Positions 40,921 to 51,341 of a stretch of DNA of 64,000 nucleotides are shown one piece after another. The DNA is taken from assembly GCA_965243395.1 (NCBI GenBank), contig CBDEUS010000002.1:978293-1042292 (forward strand), read 5' to 3'. Made by a program: the position numbers and the translations under genes. How positions within the stretch are numbered: the first letter of the stretch is position 1; every line of letters starts with the position of its first letter. The notes beneath the pieces are model-generated. The model saw only the letters and a program-made list of their open reading frames with translations. It made no database searches and was not told the DNA's origin. The DNA comes from Gammaproteobacteria bacterium. Its GTDB lineage: Bacteria > Pseudomonadota > Gammaproteobacteria > UBA4575.

Positions 40921-41769
40921 TCATTTGCGAATATTCACACGTTTAGGTAATTCGTCGAACTCAATCTGCTCTTCACCATTGTAGACAAGAAAGGCTTTGC
41001 CTTTTGCGCGGGCGATCATAACGATGCCTAAGTCTCGTGCCAGTTCTAAGCCCATATTCGTAACACCGGATCGTGAAAGTAAAACGGGGATGCCCATGTT
41101 GGCAGATTTCATCACCATTTCTGAAGTTAAACGTCCAGTGGTGTAAAAAATTTTGTCATCGCCTTGCTGGTGTTCCAGCCACATCCAACCTGAAATGGCA
41201 TCTGCAGCATTATGTCGACCCACATCTTCAACGAATTTTAAAATTTCAGTGTCTTTGCATAAGGCACAACCATGTACCGCACCGGCTTTTTTATAAATAT
41301 CATTAAATTTGGTGATTGCAGCCAGTAATTCATAAATTTTAGATTGTTTTAGTGAAACCTTTGGAAGTTTTTCATCATAAAGCTTATCTAATGTGCAACT
41401 GAATACAGTACCTTGTCCACAACCAGAAGTTACCGTGCGTTTACTGAGCTTTTCTTCCCAATCAGTAATTTCTTTTTCAGGCATCAGATTTACATCAACA
41501 CGTTCTTTGTTCCAATCCACACTTACCGATTCAATATCTGTAATGTTTTCTAGCAAGCGTTGATTACGTAAATAACCCAGTGCCAATTCTTCAGGGTGTG
41601 TGCCGAGCGTCATTAAAGTAACAATTTCTCGATCGTTCACTTTCAAAGTTAATGGTGATTCTCCGGCTACATGCACTTCTTTATTTTCACCAAATTGATT
41701 TATGGCATTTACTGCATGTGTGGGCGATAAGCCCTGTTGTGAAAGTTTGGGTCGATAGACTTTATCCAT
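40921..41769 (-). CDS. fdhD: Formate dehydrogenase accessory sulfurtransferase FdhD.
   Basis: 282 aa with FdhD/NarQ-family features including the conserved Cys region SGCGQGT. Confidence 0.8.
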   Translation of the reverse strand: MDKVYRPKLSQQGLSPTHAVNAINQFGENKEVHVAGESPLTLKVNDREIVTLMTLGTHPEELALGYLRNQRLLENITDIESVSVDWNKERVDVNLMPEKEITDWEEKLSKRTVTSGCGQGTVFSCTLDKLYDEKLPKVSLKQSKIYELLAAITKFNDIYKKAGAVHGCALCKDTEILKFVEDVGRHNAADAISGWMWLEHQQGDDKIFYTTGRLTSEMVMKSANMGIPVLLSRSGVTNMGLELARDLGIVMIARAKGKAFLVYNGEEQIEFDELPKRVNIRK

Positions 41770-41771
41770 GG

Positions 41772-43124
41772 CTACAATACCTTATCAATGGCCTCTTTGA
41801 GTTTATCGACTGCTATAATTTCTAGTCCTGATATTTTTTCTTTAGGTTTATTTGCTCTTGGAATAATGGCTTTTTTGAAACCATGTTCTTTGGCTTCTTT
41901 TAAACGCGATATTCCATTGAACACCGGTCGTATTTCACCCGTTAAACCCACTTCACCAAATGTAATTAAATTCCGATCTAGTGGTTGGTCTCTGAAACTG
42001 GAATATGCTGCAAGCAACACAGCTAAATCTGCACCGGTTTCTTTTAATGACATACCTCCCACAATATTTACAAATACATCTTTATCATAAATCGCGATAC
42101 CGGCATGACGATGTAAAATTGCAAGAAGCATTGTTAAGCGATTTTGTTCAATTCCAAGTGTAACTCTTCTTGCATGCCCGCTTGGATTGTCATCTACGAG
42201 TGATTGTACTTCTAATAATAGTGGTCGGGTGGCTTCACAGGTAACGGTAATTACGCTCCCAGGTGTATGTTCATTGCGTTGTGACAAAAAGATTGCAGAA
42301 GGATTTTTGACTCCCTTGAGCCCAGTATCTTGCATGGCAAATACTCCGAGCTCATTTACTGCACCAAAACGATTTTTGACTGCACGTAATACTCGGTAAC
42401 GCCCCCCTTCATCGCCTTCAAAATATAGAACTGTATCTACAACATGTTCTAAAACACGTGGTCCCGCGATAGCCCCATCTTTGGTTACATGACCCACAAC
42501 AAAAACTGTGGTGTTAGTCTGTTTTGCGAATTGAGTGATTTGACTGGCACATTCGCGAACTTGTGAAACTGAGCCTGCAGCAGAAGGAGTTTTCTCGGAT
42601 GATAAAGTCTGAATCGAGTCTATTACCATAATATTGGGTTTTTCCCGCATGGCATGGGCAAGGATTTCTTCTAAATTATTAGACGCGATGACTCTAAGCG
42701 TTGAATCTTTATAGCCTAGTCGTTCTGCACGAAGCGCCACTTGTTGTAATGACTCTTCACCCGTTACATATAATGCGCGTTCATGATCAAGTGAGCTCAA
42801 AACTTGTAGCAGCAAAGTTGATTTTCCGATTCCAGGATTACCACCGACTAAAATAACTGAGCCGGGCACAATTCCTCCGCCCAGCACACGATCTAATTCT
42901 GTAAGAGGTGTTTTTATTCGGTCATGGGTTTCACAAGTAATTTCGTTAATGCTTTGTACTTCATTTTCTGCACCTGCAAGTGCAAAAGATCCAGCTTTTT
43001 GTTTTTGAAAAACAGCAGCTTGTTTTTCTATTGAATTCCATGCACCACACTCGGAACATTGGCCCATCCATTTTGAGAAAAGGGCTGCACATTCTGTACA
43101 CACATAGCTGAGTTCTTTTGCCAT
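41772..43124 (-). CDS. radA: DNA repair protein RadA (Sms).
   Basis: N-terminal zinc finger CTECAALFSKWMGQCSECGAW, a Walker A GNPGIGKST and a Lon-like C-terminus. Confidence 0.95.
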   Translation of the reverse strand: MAKELSYVCTECAALFSKWMGQCSECGAWNSIEKQAAVFQKQKAGSFALAGAENEVQSINEITCETHDRIKTPLTELDRVLGGGIVPGSVILVGGNPGIGKSTLLLQVLSSLDHERALYVTGEESLQQVALRAERLGYKDSTLRVIASNNLEEILAHAMREKPNIMVIDSIQTLSSEKTPSAAGSVSQVRECASQITQFAKQTNTTVFVVGHVTKDGAIAGPRVLEHVVDTVLYFEGDEGGRYRVLRAVKNRFGAVNELGVFAMQDTGLKGVKNPSAIFLSQRNEHTPGSVITVTCEATRPLLLEVQSLVDDNPSGHARRVTLGIEQNRLTMLLAILHRHAGIAIYDKDVFVNIVGGMSLKETGADLAVLLAAYSSFRDQPLDRNLITFGEVGLTGEIRPVFNGISRLKEAKEHGFKKAIIPRANKPKEKISGLEIIAVDKLKEAIDKVL

Positions 43125-43187
43125 GTGGTTTATTGTACTAGATGGATTAGCTTGCTTGCGTGACTCGAATGGGAGAGCTGGATAAAT

Positions 43188-44465
43188 TTAAGCTACTTGC
43201 TCATGCTGAGGAAGGCGAGGACTCATACGAACGGTGCGAACCGCATTATTTTGAATTTGGACCACTTCTATGGGATAGCCATCTATTAATACGCTCGTTC
43301 CAGGTTCAGGGATGGATTGAAAGTGTTCCAAAATTAAACCGTTGATTGTTTTTGGGCCATCCACGTGCAATTGCCAGGCGAGTGCCTTATTGATGTCTCG
43401 AATATGTGTACCACCGTCTACTACATAAGTGCCATCTTTTTGAGGATGGATTTCTACATCATAAGTTGCGGGGTCATTGGTAAATTCGCCGACTATTTCT
43501 TCTAATAAGTCCTCAAGAGTAACCATGCCTTGAATGTCTCCAAACTCATCTACCACCAAACTTAAACGACGTTTATTACCTTGGAATTCAAAGAGTAATT
43601 TTTTTAAGTTAGTTCCTTCTGGAATGAAGTATGGTTCACGAATTACTTTTTCTAAATCCTCTCGCTCCAAATCCTTATCAACTATTTTCAAGATGAACTT
43701 GCGCAAGTGCAGAAATCCGACAACATTATCAATATTATTGCGGTACACGGGTACTCGTGTATAAGAGATGTTTTTTAATTGTGTAACAATGTCATCCCAA
43801 TCATCTTCTAAATCGATGCCAATAATTTCATTTTTTGGGATCATGATGTCTTCAGCCGTAATATGTTCAAGATCCAAAACACCTAACAGCATTTTTTGAT
43901 GCTCAGTTGAAATAGTAGTACCTTCATCGTTAACAGCAGTACGTAGCTCATCGTGAGATAAAGTTGTTAACACACTTTCTTTAACATCCACACCAAATAA
44001 TCGTAACAAAGAATTAGAAAAGAAATTCGTAACCCATACAAAAGGATATAAAATATCTAACAGTGGTTTATACACCCGCGCTGCGGGCAGCGCTATTTTT
44101 TCAGAATGTAGAGCGGCAAGGGTTTTGGGTGTGAGTTCTGCAAAAATCAAGATCGCAAAAATTAAAATAAAAGTTGCAATCGCAATACCGACTTCACCAT
44201 GAAGGCGATAACCAATGTATGCAGAAAGTTGTGCGATTAGAATGTTGACAACATTATTGCCAAGCAAAATTAATCCGATGAGTCGGTCTGGATTTTTTAA
44301 AAGTTTTTGTGCCTGTTTGGCACCTCTGTGACCATCATTTGCTAAATGACGCAGGCGATAACGGTTTAATGCCATTAACGCTGTTTCTGAGCCTGAAAAA
44401 AATGCCGAAAATAAAAATAATACAAGCAACACTATAAATAGTGTGCCTATCGAATATTCGTCCAA
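43188..44465 (-). CDS. CNNM/CorC-family membrane protein (DUF21-CBS-CorC_HlyC).
   Basis: 425 aa with N-terminal transmembrane helices, a CBS pair and a CorC/HlyC transporter-associated C-terminus. Confidence 0.85.
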   Translation of the reverse strand: MDEYSIGTLFIVLLVLFLFSAFFSGSETALMALNRYRLRHLANDGHRGAKQAQKLLKNPDRLIGLILLGNNVVNILIAQLSAYIGYRLHGEVGIAIATFILIFAILIFAELTPKTLAALHSEKIALPAARVYKPLLDILYPFVWVTNFFSNSLLRLFGVDVKESVLTTLSHDELRTAVNDEGTTISTEHQKMLLGVLDLEHITAEDIMIPKNEIIGIDLEDDWDDIVTQLKNISYTRVPVYRNNIDNVVGFLHLRKFILKIVDKDLEREDLEKVIREPYFIPEGTNLKKLLFEFQGNKRRLSLVVDEFGDIQGMVTLEDLLEEIVGEFTNDPATYDVEIHPQKDGTYVVDGGTHIRDINKALAWQLHVDGPKTINGLILEHFQSIPEPGTSVLIDGYPIEVVQIQNNAVRTVRMSPRLPQHEQVA

Positions 44466-44525
44466 GGTCGTGTTGACCCTCCGGTAATAAAGATACGGTC
44501 ATTAACTGCCGCAAAGAGGGATTTG

Positions 44526-45359
44526 TCAAGAGAGAGGTACGCTATCGATCCTGTGAAGTAGTATTTCCTGGACAAACTTACTGCCTAAGTAGGCCAAAAT
44601 CAGAAATACAAAACCTCCTAATGTCCAGCGAATGGCCGTTTGTCCGCGCCAACCAAATTTCCAACGTCCCCAAAGTAGAACTGCAAAAAGTATCCAGGCG
44701 AGAATGGATAATATGGTTTTATGCGCAATTTGTTGTTCAAACATGTTTTCTAAATATAAAAACCCAGTAAATAACGCTACGGATAACAAGACAAACCCAA
44801 TGGTGATGGTTTGAAACATAAATTTTTCAGTTTCATGCAGTGGTGGTAAAGCGCGGGTAATACCTTGCAATTCAGCATTGCGTAAATGCCGGTCTTGATT
44901 AAGTAATAAGATCGACTGAATAGCCGAGATAGTTAGTACGCTAAATGCGAAAAGTGAAAATAGAATATGAAATTGCAAGCCACGCACATTAGACGTGGAA
45001 ACATGTATTTCGGGTTTTATGATGGTTAAGACGATTGCCGCAATAATAATAGGCAATAAAAACAAGCCTAAGAATTCTCTTTTTTTACTGACGGATAAAA
45101 TCAATACTAATGCAGAAATGATGAACAGAACTAATGAAACAGCATTATAAAAGGTAAGGTTCAATCCTTGTGAAGTAAACGTTTGGGGGTATAGGTGCAG
45201 TGCATGAACGAGGCAGGCAATAGACCATAGAATCAGCATCAAGCCACGTTTGTCGGGTGTATGGGAATCGGGCACATGATGTGAACGCCATAACAACAAC
45301 ACAAAGGTAAATGCATAAAATGCTATGGCGCCGTACTTAAGTATGCTTGACATAAACAA
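44526..45359 (-). CDS. ypjD: Inner membrane protein YpjD (cytochrome c assembly family).
   Basis: Polytopic and divergent from ffh, as in E. coli. Confidence 0.7.
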   Translation of the reverse strand: MFMSSILKYGAIAFYAFTFVLLLWRSHHVPDSHTPDKRGLMLILWSIACLVHALHLYPQTFTSQGLNLTFYNAVSLVLFIISALVLILSVSKKREFLGLFLLPIIIAAIVLTIIKPEIHVSTSNVRGLQFHILFSLFAFSVLTISAIQSILLLNQDRHLRNAELQGITRALPPLHETEKFMFQTITIGFVLLSVALFTGFLYLENMFEQQIAHKTILSILAWILFAVLLWGRWKFGWRGQTAIRWTLGGFVFLILAYLGSKFVQEILLHRIDSVPLS

Positions 45360-45544
45360 ACAAAATTATTTAATTAGCGATAAATTAAGAGTGTGCAGTA
45401 CAAGAAATAAATTAAGTATGCAATAGTGTCTTCTATCGTGGGTTTAATTTTTGGCAAAATAACTTAAAGTAAACTGAGATCAGCTAGACATTTCTGCATT
45501 ACCTGCAATGATAGCATTATTCAGATTGTGATTATCGAATAACC

Positions 45545-46312
45545 ATGAATATACGTGTCCTTGGCTGTAGTGGGGGTATTGGTTCGGGTCATAGAACCAC
45601 TTCTTTACTGTTAGATGATTCTGTACTGATTGATTGTGGTACAGGTCTTGGCGATCTATCGCTTGATGAAATGTTAAAGATACAGCATGTATTCATTACT
45701 CATTGTCATTTAGATCACATCGCTCTCCTCCCTATGTTATTGGATACTTCATACGATCACTTGGTCAATCACCCACTAACTTTGCACTGTAAACAAGAGA
45801 CCTACGAAATATTGGCAAAACACATTTTTAATTGGGATGTATGGCCAAACTTTTTTGAATTACCCAGTGCTGAGACACCAGTGATTATTTATGAATCTAT
45901 GCAGCCTGGAGACTGTATTGAATTTGGTGACAAGATTGTAAAAATGGTCGAAGTAAACCATTCCGTTCCAGCAGCTGCTTATGTAATTAATAATGGCACT
46001 GGCACGATTGCTTTTACGGGCGACACTTTTACCAATGACACTTTTTGGCAGTCTTTAAATGAAGAGCCGAACATGGATATCGTGATTGTAGAATGTGGTT
46101 TTACCAATGAAGAAGAAAATATAGGGCGAGATGCGAAACATTACTATCCTAAGGCATTAGCTGAGGATCTGAAAAAATTGAAGCACCGGCCAGATCTCTA
46201 TATCACGCATTTACAACCAGGTAGGGAAGAACGGATCATAGAACAACTCAATTCATCCATAACAGAATTTAACATTCATCAACTTTCCAGCGGCCAAATA
46301 ATTTCGATCTAA
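45545..46312 (+). CDS. Class II 3',5'-cyclic-nucleotide phosphodiesterase (CpdP-like, MBL fold).
   Basis: Signature HCHLDHIALLP, matching the class II PDE pattern HxHLDH. Confidence 0.75.
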   Translation: MNIRVLGCSGGIGSGHRTTSLLLDDSVLIDCGTGLGDLSLDEMLKIQHVFITHCHLDHIALLPMLLDTSYDHLVNHPLTLHCKQETYEILAKHIFNWDVWPNFFELPSAETPVIIYESMQPGDCIEFGDKIVKMVEVNHSVPAAAYVINNGTGTIAFTGDTFTNDTFWQSLNEEPNMDIVIVECGFTNEEENIGRDAKHYYPKALAEDLKKLKHRPDLYITHLQPGREERIIEQLNSSITEFNIHQLSSGQIISI

Positions 46313-46371
46313 TTTCGATATAATTTACTCCACTTTTTTTAACGAAGCCCCATGAAGATGGGTGCATTGAT

Positions 46372-47733
46372 ATGTTTGACAATTTATCTACTCGCTTATC
46401 GAGTACTGTTCAAAAGTTACGTGGCCAAGCGCGCCTTAGTGAAGAAAATATTCAGGAAACGTTGCGCGAAGTACGCATGGCATTGCTAGAAGCAGATGTC
46501 GCGTTACCTGTTGTTAAAGATTTCATCGCAAATGTAAAAGAAAAAGCCTTAGGGCAAGAAGTGCTTACAAGCCTGTCACCCGGGCAGGCCTTCATCAAAA
46601 TTGTAAATGATGAACTTGTGCACTTGATGGGCGATGCCAATGAATCGCTTACCTTAGCGGCCCAACCACCTGTAGTGATATTGATTGCCGGTCTACAAGG
46701 GGCAGGTAAAACCACCAGTATCGGAAAACTTTCAAGATTTTTAACCGAAAAACAAAAGAAAAGCGTTGCAGTAGTCAGTTGCGACATCTATCGACCTGCA
46801 GCGATCCAACAGCTACAAACCCTGGCCAAAGAAGTGGGTGTTGATTTCATTTCCAGTGAAACCAATCAGGCGCCAATCGATATTGCTAACCGTGCTGTGG
46901 ATTATGCAAAAACACAATTTAAAGATGTGTTGATCATCGATACAGCGGGGCGTTTGCATGTTGATGAAGAAATGATGCAAGAAATTATTTCATTGCACCA
47001 AGTTGTTCAGCCTGCAGAGACCTTATTTGTTGTAGATAGTATGAGTGGTCAAGATGCGGCGAACTCTGCTAAGGCATTTAATGAAGCATTACCGCTTACA
47101 GGTGTGATACTGACTAAGACAGATGGTGATGCACGTGGAGGTGCGGCGTTATCGGTACGTCATATTACTGGCAAACCGATAAAATTCTTAGGTACAGGAG
47201 AAAAAACTACTGCTTTAGAACCTTTCCATCCTGATCGCGTGGCATCTCGAATACTGGGAATGGGTGACGTAGTCAGTTTGGTAGAAGAAGTTGAACAAAA
47301 GGTTGATAAAGATAAAGCGCAAAAGCTAGCGAGGAAAATTAAAAAAGGTAAAAGCTTTAATATGCTTGATCTAAAAAGTCAGTTAGAGCAGATGATGAAT
47401 ATGGGTGGCTTGGCTGGAATTATGGATAAAATTCCTGGTGCTGCGGGGATGCCGAAAAATGTTCCTGGCATGGGGGATGACAAAGCGATTCATCAAATGA
47501 TTGCAATTATTAATTCCATGACACCACACGAGCGTCGCTTTCCGGATGTGATTAAAAATACACGAAAACGACGTATTGCGGCAGGCTCAGGTACACAGGT
47601 ACAGGATGTGAATCGACTTCTCAAACAGCATTTGCAAATGAAAAAAATGATGAAGAAATTCTCGAAGAAGGGTGGTATGCAGAGAATGATGCAGGGACTG
47701 AAGGGTGGTGGCTTACCGCCTGGATTAGGCTAA
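46372..47733 (+). CDS. ffh: Signal recognition particle protein Ffh.
   Basis: NG domain with GLQGAGKTT and a Met-rich M domain. Confidence 0.95.
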   Translation: MFDNLSTRLSSTVQKLRGQARLSEENIQETLREVRMALLEADVALPVVKDFIANVKEKALGQEVLTSLSPGQAFIKIVNDELVHLMGDANESLTLAAQPPVVILIAGLQGAGKTTSIGKLSRFLTEKQKKSVAVVSCDIYRPAAIQQLQTLAKEVGVDFISSETNQAPIDIANRAVDYAKTQFKDVLIIDTAGRLHVDEEMMQEIISLHQVVQPAETLFVVDSMSGQDAANSAKAFNEALPLTGVILTKTDGDARGGAALSVRHITGKPIKFLGTGEKTTALEPFHPDRVASRILGMGDVVSLVEEVEQKVDKDKAQKLARKIKKGKSFNMLDLKSQLEQMMNMGGLAGIMDKIPGAAGMPKNVPGMGDDKAIHQMIAIINSMTPHERRFPDVIKNTRKRRIAAGSGTQVQDVNRLLKQHLQMKKMMKKFSKKGGMQRMMQGLKGGGLPPGLG

Positions 47734-47862
47734 GTCTCTAATTTCCTAGATGCATATCTCTTTATCCCTTGCTGAGAACGCTATGCCAGCTTTATTTTTA
47801 AGTAAATTTACGTACAATGCCCAGCTCGATTTTAGCTATTCATTTAAAAGTATTAGAAATAT

Positions 47863-48114
47863 ATGGTCACCATTCGATTAGCCAGAGGCGGAGCCAAAAA
47901 ACGCCCTTTCTACCACATAGTTGTAACGGATTCTCGTAAGCGACGTGACAGTAGCTACATTGAGCGTATCGGATACTACAATCCTCGCGCTACCGGTGAG
48001 GAAGTAAGACTGAATATTGAAATGGATCGGTTTGATCACTGGTGTGGGCATGGTGCTCAACCTTCCGAACGTGTTGCATCACTTGTTAAGCAGCACCAAA
48101 AACAAGCTGCCTGA
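47863..48114 (+). CDS. rpsP: 30S ribosomal protein S16.
   Basis: [17 protein letters not shown]. Confidence 0.95.
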   Translation: MVTIRLARGGAKKRPFYHIVVTDSRKRRDSSYIERIGYYNPRATGEEVRLNIEMDRFDHWCGHGAQPSERVASLVKQHQKQAA

Positions 48115-48150
48115 TTAGACTAAGCTCTTGCCCAAGCTTGGGCCAAAATC

Positions 48151-48672
48151 TTGGTTCAAGATTCCTACATCCAAGTTGGCCAAATACAAGGCGTATTTGG
48201 CATCAAAGGTTGGTTAAAAATTTTTTCTCATTGTCGGCCTAAAGAACAAATTTTCGAGTATCTCAATTGGCAATTACGTGCACCAAAAGGTGTGGATACG
48301 TATGAGTTACAGGGAGGCAAGCCACATGGTAATGGCCTGATTGCTAAGCTTAAGTATGTAGATGATCGTACTCATGCAGAAACACTAAAAGGTGCAGAAA
48401 TTTGGGTCGCTAAATCAGAATTGTCTGAGCTCGAAGATGACGAGCACTATTGGTATGAGTTGGAAGGCTTAAAAGTAATAAATGAAGCAGGCGAATACTT
48501 AGGCGATGTAAAAAAATTACTGGAAACAGGAGCCAATGATGTATTGGTTGTCACAAATGAAACAGGTCAGCCAGAAATTCTAATACCTTATATTAAAGAT
48601 CAAGTGATTAAGGGCGTAGACTTAGAAAAAAATACCATAACGGTTGATTGGTTAAGGGACTATTCATTATGA
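48151..48672 (+). CDS. rimM: Ribosome maturation factor RimM.
   Basis: Conserved rpsP-rimM-trmD-rplS operon; PRC barrel. Confidence 0.9.
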   Translation: MVQDSYIQVGQIQGVFGIKGWLKIFSHCRPKEQIFEYLNWQLRAPKGVDTYELQGGKPHGNGLIAKLKYVDDRTHAETLKGAEIWVAKSELSELEDDEHYWYELEGLKVINEAGEYLGDVKKLLETGANDVLVVTNETGQPEILIPYIKDQVIKGVDLEKNTITVDWLRDYSL

Positions 48673-49406
48673 AATTTAGTGTTATTACACTGTTTCCAGA
48701 AATGGTTCTTAATTTGTCTCAGTATGGTGTGGTGAGTCGTGCCTTCGAGAAAAAATTAGCGGGTTTGGAAGTCATTAATCCCCGTGATTTTTCTGATGAC
48801 CCAAATCGTCGAATTGATGATCGTCCTTATGGCGGCGGCCCTGGCATGGTGATGCAATTTGAGCCCTTGCAAAAAGCGATTCGACATGCCCAAGAACAAT
48901 CCACAAATTCTCGAGTCATTTATTTGTCTGCGCAGGGAAAGCCTTTAGAGCATTCGGATATAAGCCGACTAAGCACTTATGACTCAATCACCTTATTGGC
49001 GGGGCGCTATGAAGGTGTTGACGAGCGCATCATAGAAGCGGAGGTAGATGAGGAGATTGCAATTGGAGATATCGTCGTAAGTGGCGGTGAATTGCCTGCA
49101 ATGATGTTGATCGATGCCTTAATTCGTCATATTCCGGGGGCATTGGGGCATGAGGAATCAGCTCATCAAGATTCCTTTGTTGACGGACTGCTCGATTGCC
49201 CTCATTATACGCGCCCGGAAAGTATCCAGGGTCTCAGTGTGCCAAAGGCACTATTGGGGGGTGATCATCAAGCTATACAGAAATGGCGCGAGAAACAGTC
49301 ACTCGGGCGTACTTTCCAGCGCAGGCCGGACTTACTTGAGAAACTAAATCTCAGTGATGAACAAAAGGCCTTGCTAGAGGAGTATATACAAGAGCAGCTA
49401 GATTAA
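48648..49406 (+). CDS. trmD: tRNA (guanine37-N1)-methyltransferase.
   Basis: SPOUT-fold motifs. It overlaps the rimM end. Confidence 0.95.
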   Translation: MVKGLFIMKFSVITLFPEMVLNLSQYGVVSRAFEKKLAGLEVINPRDFSDDPNRRIDDRPYGGGPGMVMQFEPLQKAIRHAQEQSTNSRVIYLSAQGKPLEHSDISRLSTYDSITLLAGRYEGVDERIIEAEVDEEIAIGDIVVSGGELPAMMLIDALIRHIPGALGHEESAHQDSFVDGLLDCPHYTRPESIQGLSVPKALLGGDHQAIQKWREKQSLGRTFQRRPDLLEKLNLSDEQKALLEEYIQEQLD

Positions 49407-49420
49407 AGTACGTTAAGAAT

Positions 49421-49765
49421 ATGTCGAATATTATCCAAGAAATAAACCAACAACAGCTTAAAAAGGATCTGCCTGATTTCAGTCCTGGCGACACGGTAGT
49501 GGTGCAGGTAAAAGTAAAAGAAGGTAATCGTGAGCGATTACAGGCCTTTGAAGGAGTTGTAATAGCCAAGCGCAATAGAGGCTTAAATTCAGCCTTTACT
49601 GTTAGAAAGCTTTCCCATGGTGAAGGTGTAGAAAGAGTATTTCAAACACATAGTCCATTAATTGACAGTATAAAAGTGAAACGTAAAGGAAATGTGCGTC
49701 GCGCTAAACTTTATTATCTACGAGGACGCACTGGTAAGGCCGCAAGAATTAAAGAGAAAATCTAG
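49421..49765 (+). CDS. rplS: 50S ribosomal protein L19.
   Basis: 114 aa, conserved L19. Confidence 0.95.
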   Translation: MSNIIQEINQQQLKKDLPDFSPGDTVVVQVKVKEGNRERLQAFEGVVIAKRNRGLNSAFTVRKLSHGEGVERVFQTHSPLIDSIKVKRKGNVRRAKLYYLRGRTGKAARIKEKI

Positions 49766-49790
49766 GTTTCTTACTCAACGAATTCTAATC

Positions 49791-49821
49791 AAACGCCTCG
49801 TTGAACGAGGCGTTTTTGTTT
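49791..49821 (+). terminator. Rho-independent terminator of the rpsP-rplS operon.
   Basis: AAACGCCTCG-ttga-ACGAGGCGTTTTTGTTTT. Confidence 0.8.
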
Positions 49822-49878
49822 TGGTCTCAAGCTCATCAAATGTCTGATCTTGAAGTTAAAAAAGGTACAATCCTATAT

Positions 49879-50340
49879 ATGAAACAAATAATCGTAAATG
49901 CACCCATTGGGAAAATAGCAGTTAGTTATGAAGATGAATTTGTAACCGAAGTGAAGCAAGTCGCATCACAGACACGTGCGGTAACAAATAAAGATCCCTT
50001 CGCGGTGGAAATTCAAAAACAATTCAAGTCGTATTTTTCAGGAGATCTTTATGAATTTAATTTGCCATTCTTGTTTAAACAGGGAACGGATTATCAGTTA
50101 AAAGTTTGGGATCAAATAAGAAAGATCTCATTTGGCAAAACCAAAACGTATGGAGAAATAGCAAAAAAAATTAAGTCCGGTCCTCGAGCAGTGGGCAATG
50201 CATGTCGACGTAATCAATTGTTGTTACTGGTTCCTTGTCATCGTGTGGTGAGTGCAACAGGTTTAGGGGGATTTATGGGTGATGCTGATGGGAGTTTAGT
50301 TCGCAGAAAACAATGGTTGCTAGATCACGAACAAGCGTAA
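49879..50340 (+). CDS. ogt: Methylated-DNA-protein-cysteine methyltransferase.
   Basis: Active site PCHRVV and an HTH. The start is moved to Met 49879 because the track ORF start overlaps the rplS terminator. Confidence 0.8.
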   Translation: MKQIIVNAPIGKIAVSYEDEFVTEVKQVASQTRAVTNKDPFAVEIQKQFKSYFSGDLYEFNLPFLFKQGTDYQLKVWDQIRKISFGKTKTYGEIAKKIKSGPRAVGNACRRNQLLLLVPCHRVVSATGLGGFMGDADGSLVRRKQWLLDHEQA

Positions 50341-50397
50341 AACATTTTTATGCATATTCATTATCTAAAGCATGAGTTGCGTTGGTGTTGAGGAAAG

Positions 50398-51099
50398 ATG
50401 CACGTTCATTATCTTAAGCATGTTCCTTTTGAAGGTTTGGGCTCTATGGAGGGCATGTTTATAGAGCGAGGCTGTGATCTTTCACGTACCTGTATGTATG
50501 AAGACCAATCATTGCCTTCCATTCATGACATTGACGCACTAATTGTTATGGGTGGACCAATGGGAGTGAATGATGATGATAGTTATCCATGGCTTACGTT
50601 GGAAAAAGAATTTATTGAATCGGTCATTAAACTAGACGTGCCTGTAATGGGTGTATGTTTAGGTGCACAACTCATTGCAAATGTATTAGGCGCATCGGTT
50701 ACAAAAAATGTACATGAAGAAATTGGTTGGTTTCCGGTAAGTCGCACTAAAGGACTTATGGACACAAGGGTGGAAAATCTTCCTACACGTTTTGATGCTT
50801 TGCATTGGCATGGTGATACTTTTGATATACCCGATGGCGCAAGCAATTTTTTGACAAGTGACGGTTGTGCAAATCAGGGTTTTGCATATGGCGACTCAAC
50901 TTTAGCACTACAGTTTCATTTAGAAATGTTGCCGAGCAATGTAGAAGCAATCTATCAGGAATGTGGCTCAGCAGATAAGAGCGGGAAGTATATTCACAGC
51001 TTGGGTGAAATGCTTGCTCCAGCCGAGAAGTATCAAGAGGCTAATCATGTACTAAAAAATATCCTTGAGACCTTTGTTTTTCAAAAAATGCCCCAATAA
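50398..51099 (+). CDS. Class I glutamine amidotransferase-like protein.
   Basis: GATase1 triad region (GVCLGAQ and an HW motif). Confidence 0.75.
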   Translation: MHVHYLKHVPFEGLGSMEGMFIERGCDLSRTCMYEDQSLPSIHDIDALIVMGGPMGVNDDDSYPWLTLEKEFIESVIKLDVPVMGVCLGAQLIANVLGASVTKNVHEEIGWFPVSRTKGLMDTRVENLPTRFDALHWHGDTFDIPDGASNFLTSDGCANQGFAYGDSTLALQFHLEMLPSNVEAIYQECGSADKSGKYIHSLGEMLAPAEKYQEANHVLKNILETFVFQKMPQ

Positions 51100-51113
51100 A
51101 CGATAGGAGACCA

Positions 51114-51323
51114 GTGATGGAAGACAACAGCAGAAAAGATATCCGAGCCTTATTAAAAACCTTTGGTGTGAAAGCAGATGAAGCCATTGTGGGTCATTTG
51201 GCTAAGAACCCAGATGTTAAACAGTTATCGCTTAAAGTTACACTTGAGGATTTGACGGATTATGGATCTTCATCTCCAAATGGTGAATTGTCTTTTATAG
51301 TGGATGGCGAAATAAACCGCTAA
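51114..51323 (+). CDS. Small hypothetical protein upstream of htpG.
   Basis: 69 aa with GGAGA 6 nt upstream. No motif recognised. Confidence 0.35.
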   Translation: MMEDNSRKDIRALLKTFGVKADEAIVGHLAKNPDVKQLSLKVTLEDLTDYGSSSPNGELSFIVDGEINR

Positions 51324-51341
51324 TTAACGTTTCGAATAGTT

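Noticed and set aside
51060-51100. Possible sigma-32 promoter (CTTGAGA ... CCCCAATA) ahead of the 69-aa ORF and htpG.
   Set aside because: The spacer is about 20 nt rather than 13-15, and it lies inside the 3' end of the amidotransferase gene. It is not convincing.
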